The notes below the pieces were generated by a model that made no database searches, was not told where the DNA came from, and saw nothing but the letters and a program-made list of their open reading frames with translations. A stretch of 64,000 nt of DNA from Capsulimonadaceae bacterium (GTDB lineage Bacteria > Armatimonadota > Armatimonadia > Armatimonadales > Capsulimonadaceae), in the NCBI GenBank assembly GCA_965215505.1, contig OZ244065.1, positions 5,792,001 to 5,856,000 of the forward strand, read 5' to 3'. Positions 19,095-31,533 of the stretch are shown piece after piece; position 1 is the stretch's first letter; each line of letters opens with the position of its first letter. A program made the translations under genes and the position numbers.

Positions 19095-22000
19095 CTAGCC
19101 GCCGCCCGCCCGTGCCGTGCTGCGCGCGTTGTCCTCGAAAGCCGCCAGCAGGGCCTCCTCGCCGCTCAGGCCGGACGCCTCGACGCGGGTGATGGCCTCC
19201 TGCATCCGCTTGTAGTCGTGCGGGATGACCTTGACGAACTTCGCCACGGTCTCTTCCCAGCGGTCCAGCAGGCCCCGCGCGTAGTCGGCGTTCGTGTACT
19301 CGACGTAGCGGCGGATCATCTGGCGGACCTCCTCGATCTCGGCCAGGTCTTCCATTCTTTCCAGCCCGACCATCTGCTTGTTGCAGCGGGTCGCGAAGTC
19401 GCCGTCCACGTCCAGGATGTAGGCGATGCCTCCGGACATGCCCGCCGCGAAGTTGCGGCCGGTCGCGCCCAGGATGATGACGCGGCCCCCGGTCATGTAC
19501 TCGCAGCCGTGGTCGCCGACGGCCTCCACGACGGCGTTCGCACCCGAATTACGGACGGCGAACCGCTCGCCCGCCCCGCCCCGAATGTAGATCTCGCCCG
19601 AGGTCGCGCCGTAAAGGGCCGTGTTGCCGATGATGATGTTCTCGCGCGGCACGAAGGTCGAGCCGGCGGGCGGCGTGATGACGATCCGCCCGCCTGACAG
19701 GCCCTTGCCGACGTAGTCGTTGGCGTCGCCCTGCAAGAGCAGGGTCATGCCGGCCGGGATGAATGCCCCGAAGGACTGGCCCGCCGAGCCGTTGAAGGTC
19801 AGCCGGATGGTGTCCTCGGGCATCCCCTGCGCGCCGTACTTCCGGGTCACCTCGCTGCCGACGATTGTGCCGACGACGCGGTTTGTGTTCTTGATCGGCA
19901 GGGTGGCTTCCACGCGCTCGCCGCGTTCCAGGGCCGGCTCGCACAGCGCGAGCAGGGAGGTGTTGTCCAGAGCGCCGTCCAGGCCGTGGTCCTGCTCCAT
20001 CTGCTTGTAGCGGCCCACCTCGTCACCGACCTCGGGCTGGTAGAACAGGTGCGAGAAGTCCAGGCCGCGCGTCTTCCAGTGGTCCACGGCCTTGTCCGCT
20101 TCCAGACGGTCGGTGTGGCCGACCATCTCCAGCAGGGTGCGGAAGCCCATGGCGGCCATGATCTCGCGGACCTCCTCGGCGATGAAGCGCATGAAGTTGA
20201 CCGCGTGAGCGGGGTCGCCGGTGAAGTTCTTCCTCAGTTCGGGGTCCTGGGTGGCGACGCCCACCGGGCAGGTATTCAGGTGGCAGACCCGCATCATGAT
20301 GCACCCCAGCGAGACCAATGGAGCGGTGGCGAAGCCGAACTCCTCGGCCCCCAGCAAGGCCGCGATGACCACGTCGCGCCCGGTCTTGAGCTGCCCGTCG
20401 GTCTCGACGGCGATGCGCGAGCGCAGGTTGTTCAGCACCAGAGTCTGGTGCGTCTCGGCAAGTCCCAGCTCCCAGGGGATGCCGGCATGCTTGATGGAGG
20501 TCTGCGGGGAGGCACCGGTGCCGCCGTCGTGGCCGCTGATCAGGACGACATCGGCCTTGGCCTTGGCGACGCCCGCCGCGATGGTGCCGACGCCGACCTC
20601 CGCGACCAGCTTGACGCTGATGCGGGCCTGGGTGTTCGAGTTCTTCAGGTCATGGATCAGCTCGGCCAGGTCCTCGATGGAGTAGATGTCGTGGTGTGGC
20701 GGCGGCGAGATCAGGCCGACGCCCGGCGTCGAGAAGCGCACTTTGGCGATCCAGGGGTAGACCTTGGAGCCGGGGAGCTGGCCGCCCTCGCCGGGCTTGG
20801 CCCCCTGCGCCATCTTGATCTGTAGTTCTTGGGCGTTGACGAGGTAGTGCGAGGTGACGCCGAAGCGGCCCGAGGCGACCTGCTTGATGGCGCTGGAGCG
20901 CGAGTCGCCGTTGGCATCAGGGATGTAGCGGGCGGGGTCCTCGCCGCCCTCGCCCGTGTTGGACTTGCCGCCGACGCGGTTCATGGCGATTGCCAGGGCT
21001 TCGTGCGCCTCGATGCTGATCGAGCCGTAGGACATGGCACCGGTCTTGAACCGCTTGACGATCTCGGTCCAGGGTTCCACTTCATCCAAGGGAATCGGGG
21101 TGGGCGCGAGCTTCAGCCCGAGCAGGCCGCGCAAAGTTGCCTTCTTCTCGAGCTGCTCGTTGACCAGGCCCGAATACTCCTTGAAGACGCCGTAGTCGGC
21201 GTTACGGACCGCCTGCTGCAACTTATGAACGGTCTGCGGGCTGAACAGGTGGTATTCGCCGTCCGCGCGCCACTGGTACTGGCCGCCGACATCCAGGGTA
21301 TGCGGGTGTGTGCCGCGCTCCGGGAAGGCGCGCGAGTGGCGGATGGTTGCCTCGCGGGCCAGGACATCCATGCCGACGCCGCCGATGCGCGAGGCGGTGC
21401 GGGTGAAGTAACGGTCAATGACGGAAGGGTGCAGGCCGATGGCCTCGAAGATCTGCGCCCCACAGTAGCTCTCGATGGTGGAGATGCCCATCTTGGAGAT
21501 GACCTTGACAATGCCCTTGACGGCGGCCTTGACGTAGTTCTTCTTGGCCGCGTAGGGCGTGATCTCCCGCAGCAGGTTTTCGCGGATGGCGTCGTCAATC
21601 GTTTCAAAGGCCAGGTACGGGTTGATGGCGGCGACGCCGTAGCCGACGAGCAGCGAGAAGTGATGCACCTCGCGCGGCTCGCCCGATTCGAGGACCAGAC
21701 CGATGCGCGTCCGCGTCCCCTGCCTAATCAGGTGGTGGTGCAGGCCCGCGCAGGCCAGCAGGGCGGGGATGGGGGCGTTGTCGTGGTCAATGCCCCGGTC
21801 GGACAGGATCAGGATGTTCTTGCCCAAGGCGATGGTGGCGTCGGCCTCGGCGCAGAGCCGGTCCATGGCCGCCACCAGGCCTTCTGCCCCTTCCGAGGCT
21901 TTGAACAGGATGGGCAGGGTCACGGACTGGAAGCCGGGCCGGTCTATCTGCCGCAGCTTGGCGAGGTCGTCGTTGGTCAGGATCGGCGAGTCGAGCGCGA

Positions 22001-23693
22001 TCAGGTTGCAGTTCTCGGGGCCGGGGTCCAGCAGGTTCCTTTCGGACCCGATGCTCATGGCCGACGACGTGACGATCTCCTCGCGGATGCAGTCGATGGG
22101 CGGGTTGGTGACCTGGGCGAAGAGCTGCTGGAAGTAGTTGAACAGGGACTGCGGCTTGTCCGAGAGGACGGCAAGCGGCGTGTCCGTGCCCATCGAGCCG
22201 ATGGCCTCGACGCCCAGCCGGGCCATGGGCGCCATCAGGATACGCAGGTCCTCGAACGTGTAGCCGAAGGCCTGCTGGCGCTGCAAGACGGTTTCGTGCG
22301 TCGTCGTCGGCACGTCGGTCGGGTCCGGCAGGTCGGAGAGCCTGACAAGATTCGCGTCCAGCCACTCGCGGTAGGGGTTCTCGCGGGCGATGCTTTCTTT
22401 GATCTCCTCGTCGGCGACGATGCGGCCCTCGGCCGTGTCCACGAGGAACATTCGGCCCGGCTGCAAGCGGCCTTTGGACAGGACGCGCTCGGGCGCGATG
22501 TCCAGCACACCGACCTCGGAGGCCATGATGACCAGGTCGTCCTTGGTGACGTAGTAGCGCGAGGGCCGCAGGCCGTTCCGGTCCAGGACCGCCCCGATCT
22601 GGATGCCGTCGGTGAAGCCGATGGAGGCCGGCCCGTCCCACGGCTCCATGAGGCAGGAGTGGTACTGATAAAACGCCTTCTTTTCCGCGCTCATGCTCTC
22701 ATGGTTGGACCACGGCTCCGGGATCATCATCATCATGGCGTGGGGGAGCGACCGGCCGGAGAGCGTCAGGAACTCAAGGCAGTTGTCGAACCTGGCCGAG
22801 TCGCTGCCCTCGTCGTTGATGATCGGCAGCATCTTGGGCAGGTCCTCGCCGAACAGGGCCGAGGCGAACTGCGACTCGCGCGCCCGCAGCCAGTTGACGT
22901 TGCCCCGGATCGTGTTGATCTCGCCGTTGTGGGCGATCATGCGGTAGGGGTGCGCCCGGTCCCACGACGGGAAGGTGTTGGTGCTGAAGCGCGAATGGAC
23001 CAGGGCCAGCGCGCTCTCCATCTCGGGGTCGGCAAGGTCCGGGTAGAACTCCTCGACCTGTTCGGGCATCAGCATCCCCTTGTAGATGAGGGTGCGGGCC
23101 GAGAGGCTGGGGATGTAAAACTTGTCGCTGCCGCCGTAGCCTTCCTTGCGGATGGTGTGGGCGGACCGCTTGCGGATGACGCACAACTTGCGCTCGAAGT
23201 GCAGGTCGTCGGTGATGCCCGCGCCGCGCCCGATGAAGAACTGGCGGATGACCGGCTGGGCGGCGATCGCCGTCTCGCCCAGCGTGGAGTTGTCGGTCGG
23301 CACGTTGCGCCAGCCGAGGAACGTCTGCCCTTCCTGCGCCGTCACCGCCTCTAGTATCTCCTCACAGGCCTCGCGCGTGGCGGCGACGGGCGGCAGGAAG
23401 GCCGTGCCGACGCCGTACTGTCCGGCGGGGGGCAGGATGACACCCGCCAGTGCCATCTCGCGAGCGAGGAAGGCGTGCGGGACCTGGAGCAGGATGCCCG
23501 CGCCGTCGCCCGAGTTCGCCTCGCTGCCGCAGGCGCCCCGGTGGGCGAGGTTCCGCAGGATGGTCAGGGCCTGGCTGATGATCTCGTGGGATTTTTTACC
23601 TTTGATGTTGACGACGAATCCTGCGCCGCAGGAGTCATGCTCGAAATCCGGGTCATATAGCCCCTGCTTGGGGGGCAGGCCAGTGGGTTTCAT
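19095..23693 (-). CDS. gltB: Glutamate synthase large (alpha) subunit
   Basis: EHDSCG N-terminal nucleophile, [17 protein letters not shown] and [12 protein letters not shown]. Confidence 0.98.
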   Translation of the reverse strand: MKPTGLPPKQGLYDPDFEHDSCGAGFVVNIKGKKSHEIISQALTILRNLAHRGACGSEANSGDGAGILLQVPHAFLAREMALAGVILPPAGQYGVGTAFLPPVAATREACEEILEAVTAQEGQTFLGWRNVPTDNSTLGETAIAAQPVIRQFFIGRGAGITDDLHFERKLCVIRKRSAHTIRKEGYGGSDKFYIPSLSARTLIYKGMLMPEQVEEFYPDLADPEMESALALVHSRFSTNTFPSWDRAHPYRMIAHNGEINTIRGNVNWLRARESQFASALFGEDLPKMLPIINDEGSDSARFDNCLEFLTLSGRSLPHAMMMMIPEPWSNHESMSAEKKAFYQYHSCLMEPWDGPASIGFTDGIQIGAVLDRNGLRPSRYYVTKDDLVIMASEVGVLDIAPERVLSKGRLQPGRMFLVDTAEGRIVADEEIKESIARENPYREWLDANLVRLSDLPDPTDVPTTTHETVLQRQQAFGYTFEDLRILMAPMARLGVEAIGSMGTDTPLAVLSDKPQSLFNYFQQLFAQVTNPPIDCIREEIVTSSAMSIGSERNLLDPGPENCNLIALDSPILTNDDLAKLRQIDRPGFQSVTLPILFKASEGAEGLVAAMDRLCAEADATIALGKNILILSDRGIDHDNAPIPALLACAGLHHHLIRQGTRTRIGLVLESGEPREVHHFSLLVGYGVAAINPYLAFETIDDAIRENLLREITPYAAKKNYVKAAVKGIVKVISKMGISTIESYCGAQIFEAIGLHPSVIDRYFTRTASRIGGVGMDVLAREATIRHSRAFPERGTHPHTLDVGGQYQWRADGEYHLFSPQTVHKLQQAVRNADYGVFKEYSGLVNEQLEKKATLRGLLGLKLAPTPIPLDEVEPWTEIVKRFKTGAMSYGSISIEAHEALAIAMNRVGGKSNTGEGGEDPARYIPDANGDSRSSAIKQVASGRFGVTSHYLVNAQELQIKMAQGAKPGEGGQLPGSKVYPWIAKVRFSTPGVGLISPPPHHDIYSIEDLAELIHDLKNSNTQARISVKLVAEVGVGTIAAGVAKAKADVVLISGHDGGTGASPQTSIKHAGIPWELGLAETHQTLVLNNLRSRIAVETDGQLKTGRDVVIAALLGAEEFGFATAPLVSLGCIMMRVCHLNTCPVGVATQDPELRKNFTGDPAHAVNFMRFIAEEVREIMAAMGFRTLLEMVGHTDRLEADKAVDHWKTRGLDFSHLFYQPEVGDEVGRYKQMEQDHGLDGALDNTSLLALCEPALERGERVEATLPIKNTNRVVGTIVGSEVTRKYGAQGMPEDTIRLTFNGSAGQSFGAFIPAGMTLLLQGDANDYVGKGLSGGRIVITPPAGSTFVPRENIIIGNTALYGATSGEIYIRGGAGERFAVRNSGANAVVEAVGDHGCEYMTGGRVIILGATGRNFAAGMSGGIAYILDVDGDFATRCNKQMVGLERMEDLAEIEEVRQMIRRYVEYTNADYARGLLDRWEETVAKFVKVIPHDYKRMQEAITRVEASGLSGEEALLAAFEDNARSTARAGGG

Positions 23694-23879
23694 CGCGGGA
23701 AAGGTCCTCTTCTAAGTCAACGATCAAGAAAGGTCGGGAAGTGCAGCGGAACGGTAACAGGACGGTACAGGAGGGGTCGGCGTCCGCCGGGCTGGTCCTC
23801 CGAAGGTCTGAAAGGGCCGGTCCAGCCGCGTCTCTGCGGCGAGGTTCGCCACGCGGGGGAACTCCCGCTTGGGACGTGA

Positions 23880-23909
23880 ATTATAGCACAATTGTCGGCC
23901 CGGCGTCAA
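23880..23909 (-). promoter_or_regulatory. Sigma70-type promoter for gltBD
   Basis: TTGACG-N18-TATAAT with extended TG on the minus strand. Confidence 0.65.
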
Positions 23910-23981
23910 CGCCCCGGCTTGGGCGGTTTCTGCGCGGCCGGGGGGAACGCCAATCGCGCCGGAACGGGTAGAATGATGCAT

Positions 23982-25019
<1,038 letters not shown>

Positions 25020-25057
25020 GGTTCATCGCCTGCGCCGGAAGGCCGCGCCACCGATCA

Positions 25058-25256
25058 CCACGGGTTGAAACCCGAGGCTAGGAAGTGCCCAGCGTCCAGG
25101 GGACGCAAGAGTCAGCATGGGAGCGTAGGGGCGGGGTCCCCCCGCCCTCCTATCTGCGCCCTCTGCTTCCTGTCCTGTGTCCTTGCCGTATCCTATGTCC
25201 CTGTCTTAACGTCCGCTGGACAGTGGGCACTTGGAGCCTCGGGTTTCAACCCGTGG
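25058..25256. repeat. Nested palindromic REPIN-like element 1
   Basis: Perfect 22-bp terminal inverted repeats CCACGGGTTGAAACCCGAGGCT, inner arms, and central GTAGGGGCGGGGTCCCCCCGCCC at 25125-25147. Confidence 0.8.
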
Positions 25257-25307
25257 CGAACGCTGCCGTTACCAAATTTATCCCCGCATCAGGAGAGTTC
25301 GCCCGCA

Positions 25308-26738
25308 ATGTTGTCAATGACGCGACTGCACCCCTTCACCTTCTCATTGCGGCTTTTCGCCGCGTTCGCCTTCCTGCTGGCTCTCACCCCAGCCCGCGCC
25401 GCCGAGACGGACTGCCTGGTCCGGGACCCGTCCACAATCGTCAAGCGCGGCGACACATACTGGATCTATGGGACGGGGCGGGGGACCGAGCAGTTCTCCT
25501 CCAAAGACAAGCTCCACTGGCTCGACCGGGGTTCCGCCCTGCCCACGCCGCCGGACTGGCTCGCCAAGGCGTCGCCTGAAAGCAAGAACGAGGTCTGGGC
25601 ACCCGACGTCCACTTCTATCACGGCAAGTACTGGCTCTATTCGGCCTACTCGCACTGGGGCACGAACAATTCGGCCATCGGCCTGGCGACCAGCACGACG
25701 CTGGCACCGAACTCATGGGTGGAGCAGGGTCTTGTGGTCGCCTCCCATGACGGCGGGGACGTCAACGCCATTGACCCGTGCATCTTCGAGGACGCGGACG
25801 GCAAGCCGTGGCTGTCCTACGGCTCCTATGTGTCGGGAGTCAAGCTGATCCGGCTGGACCCGGACACGGGGCTTGCCTCGGCGACCGACAAGACGCTCTA
25901 CAGCATCGCCGCCCGGCAGTCCGGGCCGGGCGCGGCGGTCGAGGCCTCCTACATCACTTTCCACGACGGGTACTATTACCTGTTCGTCAACTGGGACGCC
26001 TGCTGCGCCGGGTCCAAAAGTAACTACAACATCCGCATGGGCCGCTCCCACGCCGTCACCGGACCCTACCTGGACAAGAACGGCAAGGACATGGCGCTTG
26101 GCGGCGGGACGCTGTTCCTAGGCGCGGTCCATGACAACGGCACCGGACGCCCCCCGGACGAAGAGGTAGGTCCGGGCCACGTCGGCATCCTGCACGACGC
26201 CGACGGCGACTGGCTTTCCACGCACTACGAGTGGGCGCGGGACAAGAAAGGCGCGACCACGGTGAACGTCCAGCGCCTGGCCTGGGACGGCGACGGCTGG
26301 CCCCGCGCCGTCCTGGACCCCGGCCCGTACCGGATGGCCTCGTTCCTGGCGACTCACGACCTCCTCACCGTCTCGGGGCCTGCGGGGAACGCGGCGCTTC
26401 AGACAGGGCCGGACGTTGGCGGCGGGCCTCAGCAGTGGACGCTCGGCTACCAGGGGGACGGCTATTATAGCCTCCTGAGCGGCGGCAAGGCGCTGAGCGT
26501 GGCCGGCGACAGCACGGAGCCGGGGGCGAAGCTCACGCTCGCGCCGTTCACCAAGCGCGACTCGCAGCTCTGGTTTTTGGGGCAGAATGACGACGGCACA
26601 TACACGGTCTCTTCTAAGAACAGCGCCAAGGCGCTGGTGCTGGACATCGCCAACTGCGCCCTCAACGACGGGGCCTCGGTCGGGGAATGGTCGTCTCTAG
26701 GCAACGACTGCCAGAAATGGTCGTTCCGCCGCCACTGA
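25308..26738 (+). CDS. Secreted GH43 endo-arabinanase-like glycoside hydrolase with C-terminal ricin-B lectin domain
   Basis: Signal peptide, RDPS, WAPD, NAIDP, VEASYI, GPGH and QxW repeats. Confidence 0.85.
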   Translation: MLSMTRLHPFTFSLRLFAAFAFLLALTPARAAETDCLVRDPSTIVKRGDTYWIYGTGRGTEQFSSKDKLHWLDRGSALPTPPDWLAKASPESKNEVWAPDVHFYHGKYWLYSAYSHWGTNNSAIGLATSTTLAPNSWVEQGLVVASHDGGDVNAIDPCIFEDADGKPWLSYGSYVSGVKLIRLDPDTGLASATDKTLYSIAARQSGPGAAVEASYITFHDGYYYLFVNWDACCAGSKSNYNIRMGRSHAVTGPYLDKNGKDMALGGGTLFLGAVHDNGTGRPPDEEVGPGHVGILHDADGDWLSTHYEWARDKKGATTVNVQRLAWDGDGWPRAVLDPGPYRMASFLATHDLLTVSGPAGNAALQTGPDVGGGPQQWTLGYQGDGYYSLLSGGKALSVAGDSTEPGAKLTLAPFTKRDSQLWFLGQNDDGTYTVSSKNSAKALVLDIANCALNDGASVGEWSSLGNDCQKWSFRRH

Positions 26739-26746
26739 GGCCCGGC

Positions 26747-27280
26747 ATGAGCATCCTGCAAAGCGGCCTCGGCCCTTTGGTTCTGGAACCAGCCCGCCCG
26801 GAAGACCTTCCGGTCGTCATGGGCATCCTCGACGAGTGCGCCGCCTGGCTGCATTCGCGCGGCATCGCGCAGTGGGCCTTGCCGCAGCCGCCGCACGAGT
26901 GGGAGCGGATGGGAGTCCAGATCGCGCTCGGGCACGTCACTTTGGTTCGCCTGGAAGCAGACAGGAGCCTCATCGGCACCCTCCGTGTTGAGTGGGAAGA
27001 TACTGAACTGTGGCCGGATGACCCTCTTGGGGGCGGCTATGTGCATTCCCTCGCCATCCGCAACCATGCCCGAGGGCACAAGGTGGGCGAAAGCCTTCTC
27101 CGGTGGGCGCAGGAGCAGATCGCGAGCCGAGGCCGGAAGTACATCCGGCTCGACTGCTGGGCGGAGAACTTGCAGTTGTGCCGCTACTACGAGGGCCTGG
27201 GGTTCCGGCGGTGTGGGGACTTCCAGCGGGGGGCGTGGAGCGGGGCGCTGTATGAGAAAGAGGCTTCGCCACGGGGCTGA
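26747..27280 (+). CDS. GNAT N-acetyltransferase
   Basis: YVHSLAI..HARGHKVG, IRLDCW and YYEGLGF motifs. Confidence 0.85.
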   Translation: MSILQSGLGPLVLEPARPEDLPVVMGILDECAAWLHSRGIAQWALPQPPHEWERMGVQIALGHVTLVRLEADRSLIGTLRVEWEDTELWPDDPLGGGYVHSLAIRNHARGHKVGESLLRWAQEQIASRGRKYIRLDCWAENLQLCRYYEGLGFRRCGDFQRGAWSGALYEKEASPRG

Positions 27281-27444
27281 ACCCTCGTGCTTTGGTAAAG
27301 CGACTCCCCGCCTTCGCGGGCAGGGGAGGGCGGGGGATTAAAGAGGGCGGGGGGACCCCGCCCCTACACGGTCATGTCTTCGCCCGCTCTTCGCCCGCGA
27401 AGGCGGGGGCTTGCAAGGCTAAAGCACGGGGGTTCAGCCCCGTG
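27270..27444. repeat. Nested palindromic REPIN-like element 2
   Basis: CACGGGGCTGAACCCTCGTGCTTT...AAAGCACGGGGGTTCAGCCCCGTG, inner CCCCGCCTTCGCGGGC arms, central GGGCGGGGGGACCCCGCCCCTAC. Confidence 0.8.
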
Positions 27445-27508
27445 AAACCCACCGAACCCTTTCCGCACGCACCACCGTTATAACAGCATCCACTGCCGGA
27501 GGTGCAAG

Positions 27509-28186
27509 ATGCGGAACTATTTCAATCGTGTGACAAAGCGCGTCGGGTTCACGCTCATCGAACTGCTGGTCGTCATCGCCATCGTGGCCGTGATCGCCGC
27601 CATCCTGTCCCCCGTCTTCGCTTCGGTGCGGGAGCGGGGCCGGCGGACGGTCTGCCAGAGCAACCTGAAGCAGATCGCGATTGCCATGCAGCAGTACGTT
27701 CAGGACAATGGCGGGGTATACCCACCAGACAACGCTCCAAGTCCGGATCCATATAATAGCGGTTGGCAGTACGCAGTCTACCCCTATATAAAAGACACGC
27801 AGGTATTCCGCTGCCCCGATAGCCACAATATAGGGGGCGGCCTGGAGTCCATAGACTACGACTATTTTTACGCCCGCCTCAACACGGTACTCCCACCGGT
27901 CGACGGCCTCAGCCATCTGATAGGTGCCCACGAGAATTCGCTGGCCACTCCTGCTACCATATACTTGAACTCAGACGCTACCTGGGAGAGCAACGTAGAC
28001 GGAAAGTACCATGACGGCCGACTTGTCCTCCGGACCTCCTGTGGTCACTCTTGGGCTGGAAGCACACTGCACTCCGGCGGCGGCAACTGGTCCTATGCCG
28101 ATGGTCACGTCAAGTGGCTGACGCCGGAAGAGGCCGGGGAAGTCGAATGCCTCAACGGTCCCTTGTCGCCCCCCTTCAAGAACTGA
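27509..28186 (+). CDS. Prepilin-type N-methylation domain protein with H-X9-DG motif (DUF1559-like)
   Basis: GFTLIELLVVIAI, CQSNLKQI and HSGGGNWSYADGHVKW motifs. Confidence 0.9.
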   Translation: MRNYFNRVTKRVGFTLIELLVVIAIVAVIAAILSPVFASVRERGRRTVCQSNLKQIAIAMQQYVQDNGGVYPPDNAPSPDPYNSGWQYAVYPYIKDTQVFRCPDSHNIGGGLESIDYDYFYARLNTVLPPVDGLSHLIGAHENSLATPATIYLNSDATWESNVDGKYHDGRLVLRTSCGHSWAGSTLHSGGGNWSYADGHVKWLTPEEAGEVECLNGPLSPPFKN

Positions 28187-28197
28187 CTAACGCACAA

Positions 28198-29634
28198 TTG
28201 CCGACAGCCGATAACAACCAAGCGAGCCTGCGTTTCCTGCCTAAAGTCCATGCCCTGCTTGGAACCGAGGCGGCGCGGGCGTTGCTGGCAGACCTGCCGC
28301 GCCCGGTCGTCCTGGACGAAGTGCGGGCGGAGGTAGACGCCCTGCGCCGGAAGGTCCTCGCGGGGCAGGCCACGCCGCCGTTCGATGAGGCGGACATCTT
28401 CGCGGCGATCCGGGAACGGCTGGCGGCGAACGATCTTCGGCGCTTGCAGCGGGTCATCAACGCCACGGGCATCGTCATCCACACCAACATGGGCCGCGCG
28501 CCCATGGCCGAGGCGGCGGTGAAGGCGGTGGCGAGCGCCGCCCGCAACTACTCAAATCTGGAACTAGATCTGGCGACCGGCAAGCGCGGCGGGCGGGGCG
28601 GGCAGATCGGCGACTTGCTGCAACGCCTGACAGGGGCGGAAGCGGCCCTCGTCGTCAACAACAATGCGGCGGCGGTGCTACTGGCCCTGACGGCGGCGGC
28701 GTCGGGCGGCGAGGTCGTCATCTCGCGCGGGGAGCTGGTAGAGATCGGCGGCGGCTTCCGCGTCCCGGACGTCATCGCGCAGAGCGGGGCGCGGCTGGTG
28801 GAGGTCGGGACGACCAACAAGACGCGGATCGGGGACTACAAGCAGGCGATCACGGCGGACACGAAGGTCTTGCTGAAGGTCCACGCCAGCAACTATCGGA
28901 TTGTCGGCTTCACGCAGGAGGCATCGCTGCCGGAGCTAGTGGCGCTGGGCCGGGAACACGGGCTGCTGGTCATGAACGACCTGGGCAGCGGCGCATTGAT
29001 AGACGTGACGCGCTACGGCCTGCCCTATGAGCCGACCGTCGCGGAGACGATCAGGGCGGGCGTGGACATGGCGATGGTCAGCGGCGACAAGCTGCTGGGC
29101 GGGCCGCAGTGCGGCATACTCTTGGGCCGCGCCGCGCCAATCGCACGCATGGCCTCGCACCCGCTGTTCCGTGCCTTGCGGGCAGACAAGCTGACGCTGG
29201 CGGCGTTAGAGGCAACGCTGAGGCTCTATGAGGATGAAGAGCGTCTGACCGAGACGGTTCCCGTCCTGCACATGCTCTCGCGGAGCAAAGAGGAACTGAC
29301 GCGCCGCGCCCGTCGCCTGCGGAACGCCCTCGCCAAGATGTCCGGCCTGGAAACGCGCCTGACAGACGGCGTCGGCTACACTGGCGGCGGCGCATTGCCG
29401 ACGGTCCCGCTGCCGACGAAGCTGGTGCAGGTGCGGGCCGAGGCGATGAGCGTGGAAGAACTGGCCTCGGCACTGCGTCGGCACGACCCGCCCGTCATGG
29501 GGATGCTGGCCGACGGCTGGCTCGCCCTCGACGTGCGGACGGTGCGTGAAGACGAGATGCGGGAGCTTATCCAGGCGGTCCGAGACGTCACGGGGAACCA
29601 GCCTAACCACCTGGCGGTTGAAGCGGCAGAATGA
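28198..29634 (+). CDS. selA: L-seryl-tRNA(Sec) selenium transferase SelA
   Basis: VINATGIVIHTNMGRAP, ELVEIGGGFR, EVGTTN and SGDKLLGGPQ motifs. Start uncertain; TTG at 28198 chosen. Confidence 0.93.
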   Translation: MPTADNNQASLRFLPKVHALLGTEAARALLADLPRPVVLDEVRAEVDALRRKVLAGQATPPFDEADIFAAIRERLAANDLRRLQRVINATGIVIHTNMGRAPMAEAAVKAVASAARNYSNLELDLATGKRGGRGGQIGDLLQRLTGAEAALVVNNNAAAVLLALTAAASGGEVVISRGELVEIGGGFRVPDVIAQSGARLVEVGTTNKTRIGDYKQAITADTKVLLKVHASNYRIVGFTQEASLPELVALGREHGLLVMNDLGSGALIDVTRYGLPYEPTVAETIRAGVDMAMVSGDKLLGGPQCGILLGRAAPIARMASHPLFRALRADKLTLAALEATLRLYEDEERLTETVPVLHMLSRSKEELTRRARRLRNALAKMSGLETRLTDGVGYTGGGALPTVPLPTKLVQVRAEAMSVEELASALRRHDPPVMGMLADGWLALDVRTVREDEMRELIQAVRDVTGNQPNHLAVEAAE

Positions 29635-31526
29635 AGCACATCACGGTCGGCGTTGCGGGCCACATCGACCACGGCAAGACGGCCCTCGTCCGCGCCCTGA
29701 CGGGGACGGAGACGGACCGGCTCAAGGAGGAGCGGGAGCGGGGCATGTCCATCGTGCTCGGCTTCGCGCATCTGGCGCTGCCGGGGGGAGAGGTGGATCT
29801 GATTGACGTGCCCGGTCACGAGCGGTTCGTCAAGACGATGATCGCTGGGGCGACCGGGATTGACGCGGCCCTGCTGGTGGTCGCGGCCAACGAGCGCGTC
29901 AAGCCGCAGACCGTGGAACACGTCGCCCTGATGGGGCTGCTGGGCGTCGAGAGGGGCTTGGTCGTCGTGTCCAAGTGTGACCTGGTGCCGGACGAGGACG
30001 AGCGGGCGCTGGTTGCGGAAGAACTGGGCGAGTTCCTGCACGGTACGTTCCTGCGCGATGCGCCGTTGCTGTTCGCCTCGGCGATTACCGGCGAGGGGCT
30101 GGACGGGATCACGGCGGCATTCGAAGACCTGCTGGCCCAGGCCGAATCGCCGCGCCAGCAGCCGTACTTCACGCTGCCCGTAGACCGGGCGTTTACGATC
30201 ACCGGGCAGGGGACCATCGTCACGGGCACATTGCGGCGCGGGCCGGTGCGGGTGGGGCAGACGGTGGAGATCTGGCCGGGCGGGCTGAGAGCTGAGGTGC
30301 GGGGCCTGGAAGTCCACGGGCGGGCGGTCACGACCGCGCCGCCCGGCTGGCGCACAGCGGTCAACCTGCGCGGGGTCAAGAAGGACGACATCACGCACGG
30401 CGACACGCTGGCGACCGTCGGCGCGTTGCGCCCGACCCGGTTGCTGGACGCCGAGCTGACGTTGCTGTCTTCCGCCGACAAGCCGGTCAAGCGCGGTCAG
30501 GCCGTCGTCCTGCACTTCGGGACGAGCGAGCTGACGGTGCGCGTCTATCCGCTGGGGCGGCCGGAGATCGAAGCGGGGGCCACGGCGTTCGTTCAGTTCC
30601 GGCTGGCCGCAGACGCCGTTGTTCCGACGGGTGAGCCGTTCGTTATCCGCGCGCCCTCGCCGGTCGAGACGGTCGGCGGGGGACGGATCGTAGACCCATG
30701 CCCGGTCAAGCATACGCACGTTGATGAGGCCGTTCTGCGCGCGGTGCAGGTGCTGGCACACGGCACCCCGGAGGAGCGGCTGCGCGAGAAGCTGCGCGCG
30801 GCGGGGCCGGAAGGGCGCGACGCACGGCAGATCGCGCTCGATATAGGTATCGCCCCCGAAGCGCTGACGCCCGCCCTGCCCGCCGTGTTCTGTTCGGGCG
30901 GCCTGGTGCTTGACCCGGACGTGTTCAGCGTATTGCGGGGGCAGACGCAGGCTCTTATCGCACAGTTCCACGCCGCCCACCCGACGCGGCGGGGGATGCC
31001 GCAGGAGGAGCTGCGCCGCCGCCTGCCGCGCGCTCTGAGACCGGCGGCTTTCCACCATCTGCTGGAAGACCTGACGGCATCCGGTACGCTCCAGACTCTG
31101 GATGGACTCGTGCGGCAGGCGGGCTACTCGCCCGAGGCCGCGCTGTCCGCCGTCGAGCGCGGCATCGCCCAGGAGATCGAGGCCGAGTTCCGGGCGGGCG
31201 GCCTGAAGCCGCCCGACATGGACGCCATCCTGAAGAGCGACCGGCGGCGCAAGAGCCTGTACCACTTCTTAGTCGAGGCGGGTGCCCTGGTCCCGACGAC
31301 GGAGCGTAGCTCCAACAAGACGGTCGTGTTCCACCGAGACGCGCTGGCCGAGGCCGAGCGTCTCCTGCGCGATGCGCTCTCGGGGGGCGAGGGGCAGACA
31401 GTTTCTCAGCTCAACGTCGCGCTGGGCACGACGCGGAAGTTCTCGATTCCCTTGCTGGAACACATGGATAGCCTCGGCGTGACGAAACGCACGGGCGACG
31501 TCCGCCTCTGGAACGGGAGGGGGTGA
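29631..31526 (+). CDS. selB: Selenocysteine-specific elongation factor SelB
   Basis: GHIDHGKT, DVPGHE and SKCD GTPase motifs; C-terminal LGTTRKFSIPLLEHMD winged helix. Confidence 0.95.
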   Translation: MKHITVGVAGHIDHGKTALVRALTGTETDRLKEERERGMSIVLGFAHLALPGGEVDLIDVPGHERFVKTMIAGATGIDAALLVVAANERVKPQTVEHVALMGLLGVERGLVVVSKCDLVPDEDERALVAEELGEFLHGTFLRDAPLLFASAITGEGLDGITAAFEDLLAQAESPRQQPYFTLPVDRAFTITGQGTIVTGTLRRGPVRVGQTVEIWPGGLRAEVRGLEVHGRAVTTAPPGWRTAVNLRGVKKDDITHGDTLATVGALRPTRLLDAELTLLSSADKPVKRGQAVVLHFGTSELTVRVYPLGRPEIEAGATAFVQFRLAADAVVPTGEPFVIRAPSPVETVGGGRIVDPCPVKHTHVDEAVLRAVQVLAHGTPEERLREKLRAAGPEGRDARQIALDIGIAPEALTPALPAVFCSGGLVLDPDVFSVLRGQTQALIAQFHAAHPTRRGMPQEELRRRLPRALRPAAFHHLLEDLTASGTLQTLDGLVRQAGYSPEAALSAVERGIAQEIEAEFRAGGLKPPDMDAILKSDRRRKSLYHFLVEAGALVPTTERSSNKTVVFHRDALAEAERLLRDALSGGEGQTVSQLNVALGTTRKFSIPLLEHMDSLGVTKRTGDVRLWNGRG

Positions 31527-31533
31527 TGACGCG

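Noticed and set aside
20829-23354. 841-aa plus-strand ORF and similar long antisense ORFs (e.g. 353..1993, 9703..11289, 17512..19005, 29376..31265, 53613..55490)
   Set aside because: They are shadows of well-supported genes on the opposite strand, expected in high-GC DNA, and show no family motifs.
23910-23981. Moco riboswitch upstream of moaA
   Set aside because: The space is too short, the -10 box sits directly before the ATG, and no recognisable motif is present.
25058-25256. Palindromic elements as autonomous IS elements
   Set aside because: They are under 200 bp, encode no transposase and show no clear target-site duplication; kept only as non-autonomous repeats.
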